DNA from: Macrostomum hystrix
Taxonomy: Eukaryota; Animalia; Platyhelminthes
Direction of reading: 5' to 3'
Assembly: GCA_950097015.1 (NCBI GenBank)
Contig: CATNEN010000003.1
Span: 6,634,001-6,698,000, forward strand
Length of the DNA stretch: 64,000 nucleotides
Position 1 is the first letter of the stretch, and the number at the start of each line of letters is the position of its first letter. The notes below the pieces were generated by a model, which made no database searches, was not told where the DNA came from, and worked only from the letters and a program-made list of their open reading frames with translations. Shown piece after piece: positions 12,001 to 23,631 of this stretch. The translations under genes were made by a program, and so were the position numbers.

Positions 12001-15000
12001 CTTAAAAGGCAAACCCGAACCTAAAGCAATCTAATTAGCAAAATAAAAAATGTTTCTGTCACCGATATAATCATACTGTAATCTATACACAAATCTATAC
12101 TACTTATTTTGCTATCGTAGAAGATAAAATAAGCTAGCTATTTATCTTACCTACTGATACTGGACCTGACAACAGAAAAACAGTTCAAACCAGTTATTTC
12201 TGTACAATACTTACAATATTGTAAGAGAAGGATTTGAAGAATAGGCCGAGAAATCGGTAGGAAACAGTCGAAAGGCCTAAAAGAATCGAACGAGGGACAA
12301 ATGGGAAACAGCCGAGAATCATGGGAAGAATTGGCCGAAGAATTGGTAGGAAACAGCCGAAAGGCATTAAATAATCGGTCGATGGATTGATTAGAAACAG
12401 CGGAGAGAGTTTTAAAGAATCGAAGGAAGAATTGGTAAGAAACTGCCGAGAGGCATCTGAAGAATCGGCCGGGGGTATTAGAGGGAAACAGTCGAAGGTC
12501 ATTGAAAGAATCGGCCGAGGGGATTGATAAGAAACAGCCGAGACAGATTTAAAGAATCGAAGGAAGGACTGGTAAGAAACAGCCGAGACAGATTTAAAGA
12601 ATCGAAGGAAGGATTGGTAAGAAACAGCCGAGACAGATTTAAAGAATCGAAGGAAGGATTGGTAGGAAAAAGCCGAGACAGATTTAAAGAATCGAAGGAA
12701 GGATTGGTAAGAAACAGCCGAGACAGATTTAAAGAATCGAAGGAAGGATTGGTAGGAAAAAGCCGAGGAATTAGAAAAATCGACCGAGGAACTGGTGGGA
12801 AACAGCCGAAACGGTATCGACAAAAACCACCCGCCCCACTCACCTTCCACTTTGCTATCGTCCATAGCCTTGTACTCTGTACTTTTAATAGCTAACTCCA
12901 CGCCATAACCGCTAAGTCGAGTCTTCTTCAGCGGTTTATCAGCGCTACCAATCAACGGCGCGTGCCTAAATGTATAGCTGAGCTTGCCAGCATCGGCTAG
13001 CGTCGTCATAGCAACGTGCCAAGCTGGGAACTCAGCCGAAGCCAATTTGGCGTAGAGTACAACGGAAGGCGCACGATCAGTTTCAGACTGTGCCTTGTAA
13101 GTCTTATCAGTTCGATAGATTAGCAAAGGCTGGCTAGCATTGACAGTATCCAACAAGCCAGCTAACTGATCTGGTTTGCAAGCCACCTCCCCGCCTGGCA
13201 ATACTGCGAAATTGTCGCCGTATTCCGATTTGCACCTGGCCGCATAGTCGCTGCTGAGTCCCAGTTGAGCATTCATCTCCAGGGCTGGCGAAGCAGCGCG
13301 CAGTGATAGCCATAATCTGAGTAGGTCTGAGCGACTTCCGGGAGCTAAAGCTTGCGCTTCAGTTATAGCCAACTGATACTCTGCACTGTCCGTCACTAAA
13401 AATAACAGTGAAGTCGAGAGTAAAAGTAAAAGCAATTCCTCGTCATCTAGTTAGCAATGTTTTATTCCAACGTTTCTCCCTTTATTCTTCAGTGAAGGAT
13501 TTATAAGGGAACAGAAGGATTATAGAGGATCAACTGAAGGATTATAGAGGATCAACTGAAGGATTATAGAGGACCAGCTGAAGGATTATAGAGGACCAGC
13601 TGAAGGATTGTAGAAGACTAACAGAAGGATTATAGAGGACCAACTGAAGGATTATAGAGGACCAGCTGAAGGATTATACAGGACCAGCTGAAGGATTATA
13701 GAGGACCAGCTGAAGGATTGTAGAAGACTAACTGAAGGATTATAGAGGATCAACTGAAGGATTATAGAGGACCAGTTGAAGGATCTGAGAGGACCAGCTG
13801 AAGGATTATAGAGGACCAGCTGAAGGATTGTAGAAGACCAACTGAAGGATTACAGGGGAACAACTAAAGGATCAGAGAGGACCAACTGAAGGATTGCAGA
13901 GGACCAACTGAAGGATTGCAGAGGATCAACTGAAAGATTATAGAGGAACAACTGAAGGATTGCAGAGGACCAACTGAAGGATTGCAGAGGATCAACTGAA
14001 GGATTATAGAGGACCAACTGAAGGATTGCAGAGGACCAACTGAAGGATTGCAGAGGATCAACTGAAGGATTATAGAGGACCAACTGAAGGATTATAGAGG
14101 ACCAACTGAAGGATTATAGAGGATCAACTGAAGGATTATAGAGGACCAGCTGAAAGATTATACAGGACCAGCTGAAGGATTATAGAGGACCAGCTGAAGG
14201 ATTAAATAGGACTATCTGAATCATAAGAGAGGACCAACTGAAGGATTATAGAGGACCAACTGAAGGATTATAGAGGACCAGCTGAAGGATTATAGAGGAT
14301 CAACTGAAGGATTATAGAGGACCAGCTGAAAGATTATACAGGACCAGCTGAAGGATTATAGAGGACCAGCTGAAGGATTAGATAGGACTATCTGAATCAT
14401 AAGAGAGGACCAACTGAAGGATTATAGAGGACCAGTTCAAGGATCAGAGAGGACCAGCTGAAGGATTATAGAGGACCAACTGAAGGATTATAGAGGACCA
14501 GCTGAAGGATTAGATAGGACTATCTGAATCATAAGAGAGGACCAACTGAAGGATTATAGAGGACCAGTTCAAGATCAGAAAGGACCAACTGAAGGATTAT
14601 AGAGGACCAGCTGAAGGATTATAGAGGACCAGCTGAAGGATTAGATAGGACTATCTGAATCATAAGAGAGGACCAACTGAAGGATTATAGAGGACCAGCT
14701 GAAGGATTATAGAGGACGAACTGAAGGATTATAGAGGACGAACTGAAGGATTATAGAGGACCAACTGAAGGATCAGAAAGGCCCAACTGAAGGATTATAG
14801 AGGACCAACTGAAGTATCAGAGAGGACCAACTGAAGGATCAGAAAGGCCCAACTGAAGGATTATAGAGGACCAACTGAAGTATCAGAGAGGACCAACTGA
14901 AGGATCAGAAAGGCCCAACTGAAGGATTATAGAGGACCAACTGAAGTATCAGAGAGGACCAACTGAAGGATCAGATAGGACCAACTGAAGGATCAGTGTC

Positions 15001-15350
15001 AAGAAAAAAACAACTTTCTAACTTACATCCAGACAAGTCGCTCCTTTTAGCTAGGTTGTCCAACAATTTCCAGAATAATTCAGTATTTTGTTGGTGCAGA
15101 AATTCACTGAAGATTCAAAGATGCATTTAGTGATGGCTATGTAAGGATTTTTTACAATAGGAAGGTGAGTCTCTGTAATGACTTACCTAGTTTCAGCTAA
15201 CAAGGAGGTAGATTGCCATTTAGCGAACATGTTCACTGTCACGTATTTAGATCTAGCTAAGATTAATTGCGGCAAGATCAAAAAGCTGATTAGTATTGGT
15301 AGCATTGTTGGCACCATGCCAACATGGGGCATTATGCTGGCTCTTCTCAT
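1..15350 (-). CDS. UGGT: UDP-glucose:glycoprotein glucosyltransferase, 14 exons, 3' end beyond window start
   Basis: Exons (minus strand, all GT-AG, phases consistent): 15187-15350, 15027-15106, 12844-13395, 11832-11901, 10302-10665, 8866-9232, 7786-8141, 6974-7164, 5609-6007, 4510-5082, 3530-4129, 2189-2287, 947-1517, <1-227 (>1530 aa). Hallmark motifs: signal peptide then [84 protein letters not shown] (DxD), [23 protein letters not shown]. Confidence 0.96.
947..1517 (-). CDS. UGGT: UGGT exon 13, GT24 catalytic domain
   Basis: ORF 788..1513 core; acceptor ttcatttcag at 1518, donor CAG|gttagg at 946. Confidence 0.95.
1540..2137. repeat. degenerate ~70-bp tandem repeat with conserved palindromic core (UGGT intron 12)
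   Basis: ttttcgatacatatcgg-like core at ~1607, 1675, 1746, 1819, 1890, 1965, 2035, 2121. Confidence 0.7.
2781..3432. repeat. 30-bp near-perfect minisatellite (UGGT intron 11)
   Basis: aaatacattgataagaggatctgataagga, ~21 copies. Confidence 0.97.
3530..4129 (-). CDS. UGGT: UGGT exon 11
   Basis: [43 protein letters not shown]; splice sites identified. Confidence 0.92.
4150..4415. repeat. ~25-bp minisatellite (UGGT intron 10)
   Basis: gtgaatgtacattggggtgggttgg units. Confidence 0.9.
5180..5410. repeat. 25-bp minisatellite (UGGT intron 9)
   Basis: ctactgactggatgtactttagatg units. Confidence 0.9.
6057..6845. repeat. 23-bp minisatellite (UGGT intron 8)
   Basis: gatggggtgataggagtgacatt units. 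Confidence 0.93.
7280..7745. repeat. 40-bp minisatellite (UGGT intron 7)
   Basis: ccggaatgtacattcggggcaggaagttgattcgggcagg, period 40. Confidence 0.93.
8221..8842. repeat. 13-14-bp minisatellite (UGGT intron 6)
   Basis: agatggg(g)atcagt units. Confidence 0.92.
9420..10265. repeat. 30-bp minisatellite with 240-bp higher-order structure (UGGT intron 5)
   Basis: gatcctagattgggatctatagatcattag; variant block recurs at 9601, 9841, 10081. Confidence 0.95.
10763..11362 (-). mobile_element. tRNA-derived SINE, family A, copy 1 (UGGT intron 4)
   Basis: 13-bp TSD tacgtagcgtgtt (10750-10762 / 11363-11375); Pol III A box (AGTGGGTCAGCGG) and B box (AGTTCGATTC) at head; (TAGA)n tail; near-identical copy at 54396-54983. 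Confidence 0.9.
11394..11681 (+). mobile_element. tRNA-derived SINE, family B
   Basis: A box TGGCAGAGCGG, B box GAGTTCGATTCC; related copies or fragments at ~4460-4495, 39930-40020, 43100-43365, 44270-44330, 49020-49240, 53810-53870, 60660-60705. Confidence 0.8.
12240..12815. repeat. 45-bp minisatellite (UGGT intron 3)
   Basis: gaaacagccgagacagatttaaagaatcgaaggaaggattggtaa, period 45, degenerate flanks. Confidence 0.88.
12844..13395 (-). CDS. UGGT: UGGT exon 3
   Basis: [24 protein letters not shown]; acceptor tttttag, donor G|gtgagt. Confidence 0.92.
13495..14997. repeat. 22-bp minisatellite (UGGT intron 2)
   Basis: ggaccaactgaaggattataga units, ~1.5 kb. Confidence 0.95.
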
Positions 15351-16110
15351 TTGCTGAAAATGTTTAGTTTGTTTAGTAATTTCTTACTTAATTCTATGAC
15401 TAAAAAGTGGGTGACTGGATGACTAAATTAATGGGTGAGAAATGTATGACCCAAGAAGAGTTTTCTGCAGTTTTGTCTTAAGTTTGAAATGTCTTAAGGT
15501 ACATAGTATTGTAATAAGTTTGAAATGTAATTAAATTTTGAATTATTTTATGTTTTTCAAACATAAGCACGCATATGGGTGTTACTGTGTGTTAGTACAA
15601 AAGTATTTATTTTATTTTATTTCAACAGTTTATCTGTAGAATTTCAGCAGCAAGTGCAAGGGTACTGATAAGAATATATCTAATAAAATAAGTTTTAAAA
15701 CTTGATTTATGTATATAAGTTAAAAAAACAATTTTAATTAGACAAGCTAGATTATTTCGAATAAGGTTTCGAATAAGACTGAAAAAATACAGAGAGCTAA
15801 TAAGGATTTGTTATGCATATTCAAATTACACTATAGAGTAAAATACAAGTATGTGTAGATTGCGTCTCGGATTTATTGCATTCATACTATTCATAATATT
15901 GGGTTCGAACTAAGACAAGGCCTCTTCATTAGTTTATCAATATGTTTTTTACGAATCTCTGTTGAGTAAAATAGAATTTATGTAGTGGCCATCTTAAAAG
16001 GTGCCATTCGGGTAGTAGTACCAGGATAATGATTCTATTGCAATCAATTAGCAGTTTTTGCTGTTCAAGACACAAATGTCAATCAAAATTCGACCTTCAA
16101 ACACAGATGG

Positions 16111-18063
16111 TTATTCGCCGAAATAGTCCAGATCAGTCATAGATGGCCTATTAGCGACCATTGAAGCCAGACTTAGATTATTATTGGAGACGATAAGCTT
16201 GCTCTGCGGAGTCAGCGGCTCGCATAGTCTCAATACAATTGACCTTGGCCTACAACAAAGTTTTCGAACCATCGCCAATGTCCTCTCAGCGAAGTCGACT
16301 GTAGACAGCATCAGTATATAGCGATTCTCGACTTCATGTTCTAGAACTCGCGACACTACAGACGATAAAAGGCCGACAACAAAGTTAATGAATAGAATCG
16401 GCACAAACAAAATATAGAACATGTGAGTCACATTCAGGTCGATGCGATCGTCTTGCGGAATGAAAATCGACGAATCGACTATGTTAAGCGACACCAAGAA
16501 AGTCTGGTAGAAAGCAACAAGGAATTGCGGAAACGTGTCCGAACGGCTTGTAGAATTGTTAACGCTGGAGAAGATAAAACTTGATTGAAACATTCGGGAG
16601 AATATAGCCATCAGTGCTAAGTAGAGGATGATGAACAACGTAAACGCGGCAAGACTATTGTAGAAGCTACTCATGAGGGCAGTCAGAAAAGGAACTACAC
16701 GAAGATAGCAAACTAGTATACAGACGCTAGCCAAGAGAAGTATTATGTTGCATAGACCGCTCGCCGTATAGATAAAATGACTGAACATGTCACAGGTGCG
16801 CTTAGCATCCACGTAGATCCACAAGAGTAGAACAGCAGCGGGAAAGGCAACTACGTTAGGCATTGTCCAGGTTAGCAAGTCCCAATAGTACTGCCTTGGC
16901 CACTTAGGATAGCCAACTTGGTTCCTACAGCAAGGCGAGATTTGGACGATCAAAAAAGTTATTATGAACAGAAATTAGAGAACAATAAGTCTGAACATGT
17001 TAACTTGCCTGATATATTCTTTTCGAACTATTCCAAACAGAGAGGAAGCGATCCCGATTGCGGTCACTGCAATCCAAGTGGTTAGCAGTACAAGTGTACC
17101 AACTGGAAATGAAGCGGTGCTGCCGGCGCACGTCAGCTTGAGATAATCATTAACCTTGGGTCCGCTGAATACTACAGTCAATGTGGTTAGTAACAATCCT
17201 AGAAAAATAATGCTGTAGATAAAAAACTTGTTTGAATCGAACAACAATTCGACCCACTGCTTCCAGATAAAGCCGTGCTGAAATATTCCTAGCTTTTTTA
17301 GCTCCGGTAGAGTTGATTCACCGTACAAATCATGCAGCACGCATAGCGGACTAGTGAAGTAGCAAGGGTTTTCACCGACAGCATCGGATACGTCCAATGT
17401 GATGTGCTCAGTAATGCCAACAGCTTCAGACTTCATGAGAGACTGGGGTGTGTGGTAGTAAATAATGTACTCAACATAGTTAGCAAGGCCAAGATAAACA
17501 CCCCAGCTTAGGGGCATCATACCAGCACAACACCTGGACTGCAGCATAATGGCTTGTTGATTGTGATCAAACAGCTTCTTATGAAATAGGTCGATTAGAT
17601 CGAAAATCTCGGCATCCGAACCTGTACCGAAACGGTGCTTCGAAGAAAAGTTAACAGCTCCCATCAGATTGTGGTAGGCATTGAATTCGAACTCGGTCAT
17701 GCTGGAAAAGTCGACTCCAGACTCCTTCATGAACAGGAGACACTGTTTAGCATTGTAGAACATGGCGACAAAGAAAGGATTTGTTGGAAACGGATGGACG
17801 TTGCCGCACATTGCTACAGAACTGCTGAAGCTGGGACCGCAATGCCTCCATCTACCGCTAACGTCTCGACTCTTCAAGAAGGTTTTCCAGTCGACGAGAT
17901 ATGAAAAAGCCTTCAAGTCTTCAACATTGTCTTCGGCCAAGCATTTGACGAACGCCAACCATTCCTTGTTAGTAGGGAAAAAATCGATTATGTCGATCTG
18001 GTATTCAATCATTTCGAACTCTTTGTCCTTGACCTCTTCGGGAAAAATAGCGTTCTGTTTCAT
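16111..18063 (-). CDS. divergent TRPV-like (ankyrin + 6TM) cation channel, paralog 1, 2 exons, ~622 aa
   Basis: Exons 17009-18063 and 16111-16924 joined by an 84-bp GC-AG intron; ankyrin-like repeats (NPFFVAMFYNAKQCLLFM, MPLSWGVYLGLANYVEYII), hydrophobic helices, pore helix/filter VAFYQTFLVSLNIVD, S6 FVPILFINFVVGLLS resembling TRPV5/6. Confidence 0.72.
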
Positions 18064-20184
18064 ATTTGCGTTCAGGCCGCACTTCGAGATGCAGGCTAGT
18101 AGAACTACAAACTTGCTGGGTTTTGCCAGATTGTAGTCTGCACGTTGACTCTTAGACGACAGTTTAAACTGCTAGTCAATCAGATTTCCTCATTGGCCCT
18201 GCTCTGCTCTGTGGCATTAGCCAAGGATTGGCTAAGCTTCAACCAATATTCAATCCTACCAAACTGCAATATTTGCACAGCAATCGATACGGGAAAATAT
18301 TTAGTGGTACAAAAGCTTCAAAGATTACTGGGCAGACAAAAAATCTGACAATTCAAAGCACAGTGGTGTTTAATGTGACTGAAAATAAACTTGACATGAT
18401 CGCTGTCAGGTGATAAAATAATGCAAGTGCGCACCAGCCATAGTGCCATTGTATTATAAGTCGGGGCATTGTGTGCTGATGGCTAACTGGATCGGACAGG
18501 CCAATTATTAACTGTTTAAATATTTACTCTCCAACCAGCTGAAGTGGGACTGCAACGCAAGCAATGGTTTAGCTATCAAAGCCAGCCTTACATTTTATAG
18601 CTAGAAAAACAAAAACTGGACCCATGAAGCGTGATTAGTTTACTCTGGTTGCTATTGGCAACGGATTGGTGTAGGGCGCTCACTCACTCACTTGGTCTAT
18701 GGTGCTCCCCGACAGTCTCGGGGAGCACCGATCACTCAACTGCTTTCATAGCTTAATCCAATGGGAACAGATAGTAATTAATTAGATTTACGTTGATGGC
18801 TTTCAGGATTTCCTAAAAATGCTTCCGTGAAAGTTACTAAATTCGCAAATCCAAAATAATTTCTAAAATAAACAAAGGCCATTCTATAAGTTTTAAAGGT
18901 AAAATGAATCACCTAAGGCAAGGAAACATTGCTTGTCATAAAATTCCACAGGAAATGACAAAAACAGGGACAGAGTGACGCATGCTTCAACATATCCTGT
19001 GGGTCAATAAAGTGAGCTGAAGTTTGAATGTCGATAGTTCAATGAGTTAACTGTCTGTTCCTTTAGTCAGGTGATCAAATATAATAGGACAACTCAATAG
19101 GTTCGAGCACGACTAACCTTGGATCGAGTAATAAACTTCAGATTTGTTCATTTTTGGTCGAAATTATCATCGATAGAATTGACCGAAAAGATTGTATCTA
19201 ATTTCCTAAAAGTATCATATTATTTGCTCAATAATCAACAGAGAGTGCGGAGCTCAAAGAACATGTTCAACGTGAAAACTGGATAGGGAGTGAAACGAAA
19301 GTTAAAGATAAGCAAAGATACGACGGCTTAATACGATGTTTTTTTACGCAAGGCACTTTACGAAAGTCCAAAGTGACGTACATTCTTATGCAAATATTAG
19401 CTTCAAGGTTGACTTTGATGCACTTTACTGTCTTGGCAGAGTCAAAAAAGCAAAAAATATTTCAACAAGTAGTTTAAAGATATTTTAAAGTAAATCTGAT
19501 TATATGCTTCTTTATTTCTATACAATTTACTCATAGAACGGTAGTATATGGAATCATAGTACGAGCAAACACGAATATTGTTGCGATTTTTATACTACAT
19601 GACCAGATTAAGAATTAAATTGACAGACGTTGTTGACAGACATTGTTCTATGTGATGGTTTTAAACGACAATATATTCATAATAGGAAAATTCATAAATT
19701 CATAATTCATAACAGGAAAATTTTATCGTTAGTAAGCAGCACGAACAGCATAACTGAAACTATAAACTCGACACAATTTTTCATACCACGCAGCGCGAAG
19801 AGAGTACGCGGGCGCCGGCTGAAATAAAACCCAGCTCAAGGCGGAGAGGTGGGTGCCTGGGCTGGGTGTTTACACCCAATCAGCGAGCGCCCATTGGACA
19901 CTTCAAATAACATATTTACCTCGCGAAGTTAACTAACGAATCGATAGTAAGTAAAAACTTTAACACAGTTGGATTCCATGCTTGTTTAAGTTTTTTAAGC
20001 AATAAAAAACACAGCCAAACTAGCTCGTACACAGAAAAAAGCTTGTAATAGAATACAATCCAGGAAAAATGAGACAATTTTTTTACTCATCGCTGAAAAG
20101 TTTAAATAACAATAGATGAGAAGCCACAAAATGAAGGGAATAAACCTTGTCAAGAAAATAACTCGGTTTGTCTTTAACGGAAGG

Positions 20185-22110
20185 TCAAGACGGAGTCCTT
20201 TCAAGCGCAGTCGATTCCAGGGTGTCATTGCAGAAGACAATCAGCTTACTATCAGGACTCAAAGGCTGGCAGATGGACAAAACTATAGATTTGGAGCCCA
20301 ATAGGCGTCGAATCAGGCGATTAACCACGTAGAATGTGCGCTCCGAAAATTCCAAAGCCTCCAGCTTTAATATGTAGCGATTTTCGACATCGTGCTCCAA
20401 AACTTGAGACACAACCGATGACAGAATTCCGACGACAAAGTTGATAAACAGAATTGGTACAAACAAGATGTAGAACATGTGGGTAACATTCAAATCGATT
20501 CGATCACTCTGCGGAACAAACACAGTCGAATTGACAATATTTAACGACACCAAAAAGGTCTGGTAGAAGGCGATAAGAAATTCCGGAAACGTGTCCGCCC
20601 TGCCAGTGCCAACATCGCTGGCGCTGGAGAAGATAAAGTTGGACTGAAACATGCGCGCGAATATAACCGTTAAGCAGAGATAGAAAATTATGAACATGGT
20701 GAATGATCCCAGACTGTTATAGAAACTGCTCATTAGAGTTGTGAGCGAGGGTACGAGGCGAAGATAGGCTACGATCAGGCTGACACAGGCCAATAGCAAG
20801 AATATGTGACACAGGCTACTAATTGTATAGATCAGCTCTTTGAATGTTGTGCAGCTCCGATCGGCGTCTACATAAATCCAGAGTAGGAACGCAGAGATGG
20901 GCAAGGCAACAGTATTAGGTAGAAGCCAACCAACCAAGTCTCTGTAGTTCTGCCGCGGTATCTTAGGGTAACCGACTTTAGATCTACAAGTATTTACATG
21001 GTAGGTAGTTGCTGTGCATGGAGTCTTGGACGCACTATCTAAGCGCATTTTTTAATGTGCTTACCTGAATTTTTCCTTGCGTACAATTCCAAACACTGCT
21101 AGTATTAACACTGTCGTTGAAGCGATTAACCAAGCAATTAGGATACCAACAGTTCCAGTAGGATATATATATGGATTATTATTGCATCGATTCTTTAGGT
21201 AGTCGTTTCCACTGCTGCCCGTAAAGACAACAGTCATTGTTGTTAGCAAGATGGCTAATAGCAAGTAGAAGAGAATCAAGACTCGATTGCGGTCATACAA
21301 GACGTCGACCCACTGCTTCCATAAGAAGCCATTTCTAAATATGTCAAGCCTTTTCAACTCCGGCAGAGTGGATTCGCCGTACTTGTCAAGTAGGACGCAA
21401 ATCGGACTAGTGAAAAAGCTCGGATTTTCACCTGTCATCTCCGACACATCCAAAGTGATGTGTTCGTTTATACCAACCGACTCTGAACGTAGGACGCAAT
21501 TAGGCGAAAAGTAGTACAGAATGTACTCAACTTGATCCGCTAAACCCAAGTAAACACCCCATGACAATGGTGACATGCCGTGATGGCAGACGGACTTGAT
21601 CATTCTACTCTGCTGCTCGCGAGTAAACAAATTACGATGGAATATGTTGACTAATTCTGTGAAACTTGCCGGAGGAGCCTTCCGACATCGACGGATGGAC
21701 ATGAAGCGTACAGCACTCATGAGTACGTGGTAGGCTGTCAGACCATGCTCAGTTAGCCGAGAAAAGTCTAAACCTGACTCGGCCATGAACAGCAGGCATT
21801 TCTTGGCGCCAAAAAACATACCAACAAAGAATGGATTTGTCGGATATGTATGCTTGCCATCGATAAAGTCTTTTGGACGACTGTAGCCATCTGGGCAGTT
21901 GAGCCAAACGCCATTAACGTCCCGGCTCTGAAGGAAAGCAATCCAATCGATATTCTTTGAGAATGACTTTAAGTCGTCGACATTGTCCTCAGCCAAGCAC
22001 TTAAGAAATGCTAGCCAGTGCCCTTCCGTTGGCAAGAAATTAATTAAATCGTATTCAAACTCGCAAGATACGGGTAGCTCTGACGACGGCGATATTTTTG
22101 ACATCGACAT
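20185..22110 (-). CDS. divergent TRPV-like channel, paralog 2, 2 exons, ~614 aa
   Basis: Exons 21065-22110 and 20185-20983, 81-bp GT-AG intron at the same position and phase as in paralog 1; collinear protein similarity throughout. Confidence 0.72.
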
Positions 22111-22365
22111 GGTTACCACATTAAACTTGGTTCCGACAAAAATAGCTGTTTGATTCTGTAGATTTTAAAGCCAACGAAGGACTTTTTTACTGTGCCTGAC
22201 TGAAAATGCCACTGCCAACTCACATAAAAGCGACGTGCAGGCATAGAGCCACTCTTATTGGCTGGCAGGACACCAATAAAGAATTCATTTCGCCCAATAT
22301 CTATCGCGGCAACGAATCAAAGCTTCTGGTTTAGAATGCGAAAATTCATAGATGATTTGCATTAA

Positions 22366-22981
22366 CAGTAGGACTACCAAGCCATTTTGCCGCTCGTTTT
22401 TATACAATGGGGAGGGGGAAATTCCCCCCCCCTGAGAAAATTTTTTGGCAGCGCCTGAAAGCTAACCGCGTAGGGTGGTGACTGATTGGTTGACAGACTA
22501 GGCGATGGTGTACTGTAGTTGAGCTGCGCCTAATTTTTAGGCTTCAGCAGTGAAATTTTAGAAATTCGCGTCAGGGAGTCCAGAGTGGCCTATTTCACCA
22601 TTTTTGCATTTGAAGGTCCCGCAGTCCGTCTAGATAAAGGTAGGTGACCACCAACAACGGAGATGATGCAGGCACATTCGGGTGACATGCTGATAAAGTT
22701 TGAAGGTCTGGAAAGGCCGCACTGAGGCGCAGTGCAAATTCGTGTATAGGGGTGTATGAAATACACTAGCTCTTATGGGTACATACATCGGACCTTCGGC
22801 CAGAAACATTGAATATCTCGACGGTCTGAAGAGCTGGCGACTTGTTTCTTGTTTCAGAAGATGCGCAACAAAAAGTTGGCCCGTGTTCTTAAGTTTCGTG
22901 TGCTTGCATTGTTCCGTTCGGGTGCAGCAAAAAAAATTGTCAGGGGGGGAGAAAAAATCCCCCCCCTTGGTAGTTCTACTG
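22366..22981. mobile_element. non-autonomous DNA transposon flanked by TTAA
   Basis: ttaa|cagtaggactaccaag ... cttggtagttctactg|ttaa; subterminal G/C-run inverted repeats; related partial copy at ~40430-40621. Confidence 0.75.
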
Positions 22982-23631
22982 TTAAATCAATGACTTATGC
23001 TTACTTAGTAAGCATTTCACCGACCCCAGGCAGACCGATGCTCACACACAAGCAATCAAATTCTACTCTCTATCACTAAATCGACAAGAAAATCTAATTA
23101 TTGTGAGTGCTGAATTGCCGTCTACTGTGCACACAATGAGGCAGGGGCAGCAATCGAGCTTATACCAGCTTAAGGGGAAATTGGGATTTATGGGCAATAA
23201 TTGGCAATTAATTCTTGGCAAATCATCAAACAGCAGCCGTAAGCTAATCTGTGTTAGATCAATTAGACAAATAATTATCGACGGCTGTTTACAAAGCAAA
23301 CATAAACCAATAGGAGTCAAATAATCTGTACTAACCATGGGATTGTTTACTACGGGTAATGAAAATACTATGATTAACAATTTGATTTCATTAGTTTATA
23401 CTTGTTTTGACAAAAAGTACGAGTATACTAATTGTCTGTAATTGACTAAAAATTTACTTTGGCTAATTAATAAAACAAACACTTTTCCTAAAATTTATCT
23501 TCATTGAATTAAAATTAAACAAAAATCATTATCCACTAAACAAATCCTTATACTTCGACGCAAAAAACAGTAACAGTAATTCATTACTAATTAGGAAGGT
23601 TATTTTAGTCTTTTTGTACAATAATTCTTAG

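Noticed and set aside
16111-22119. Four separate genes or stop-codon readthrough between adjacent ORFs
   Set aside because: Explained by one short intron per gene
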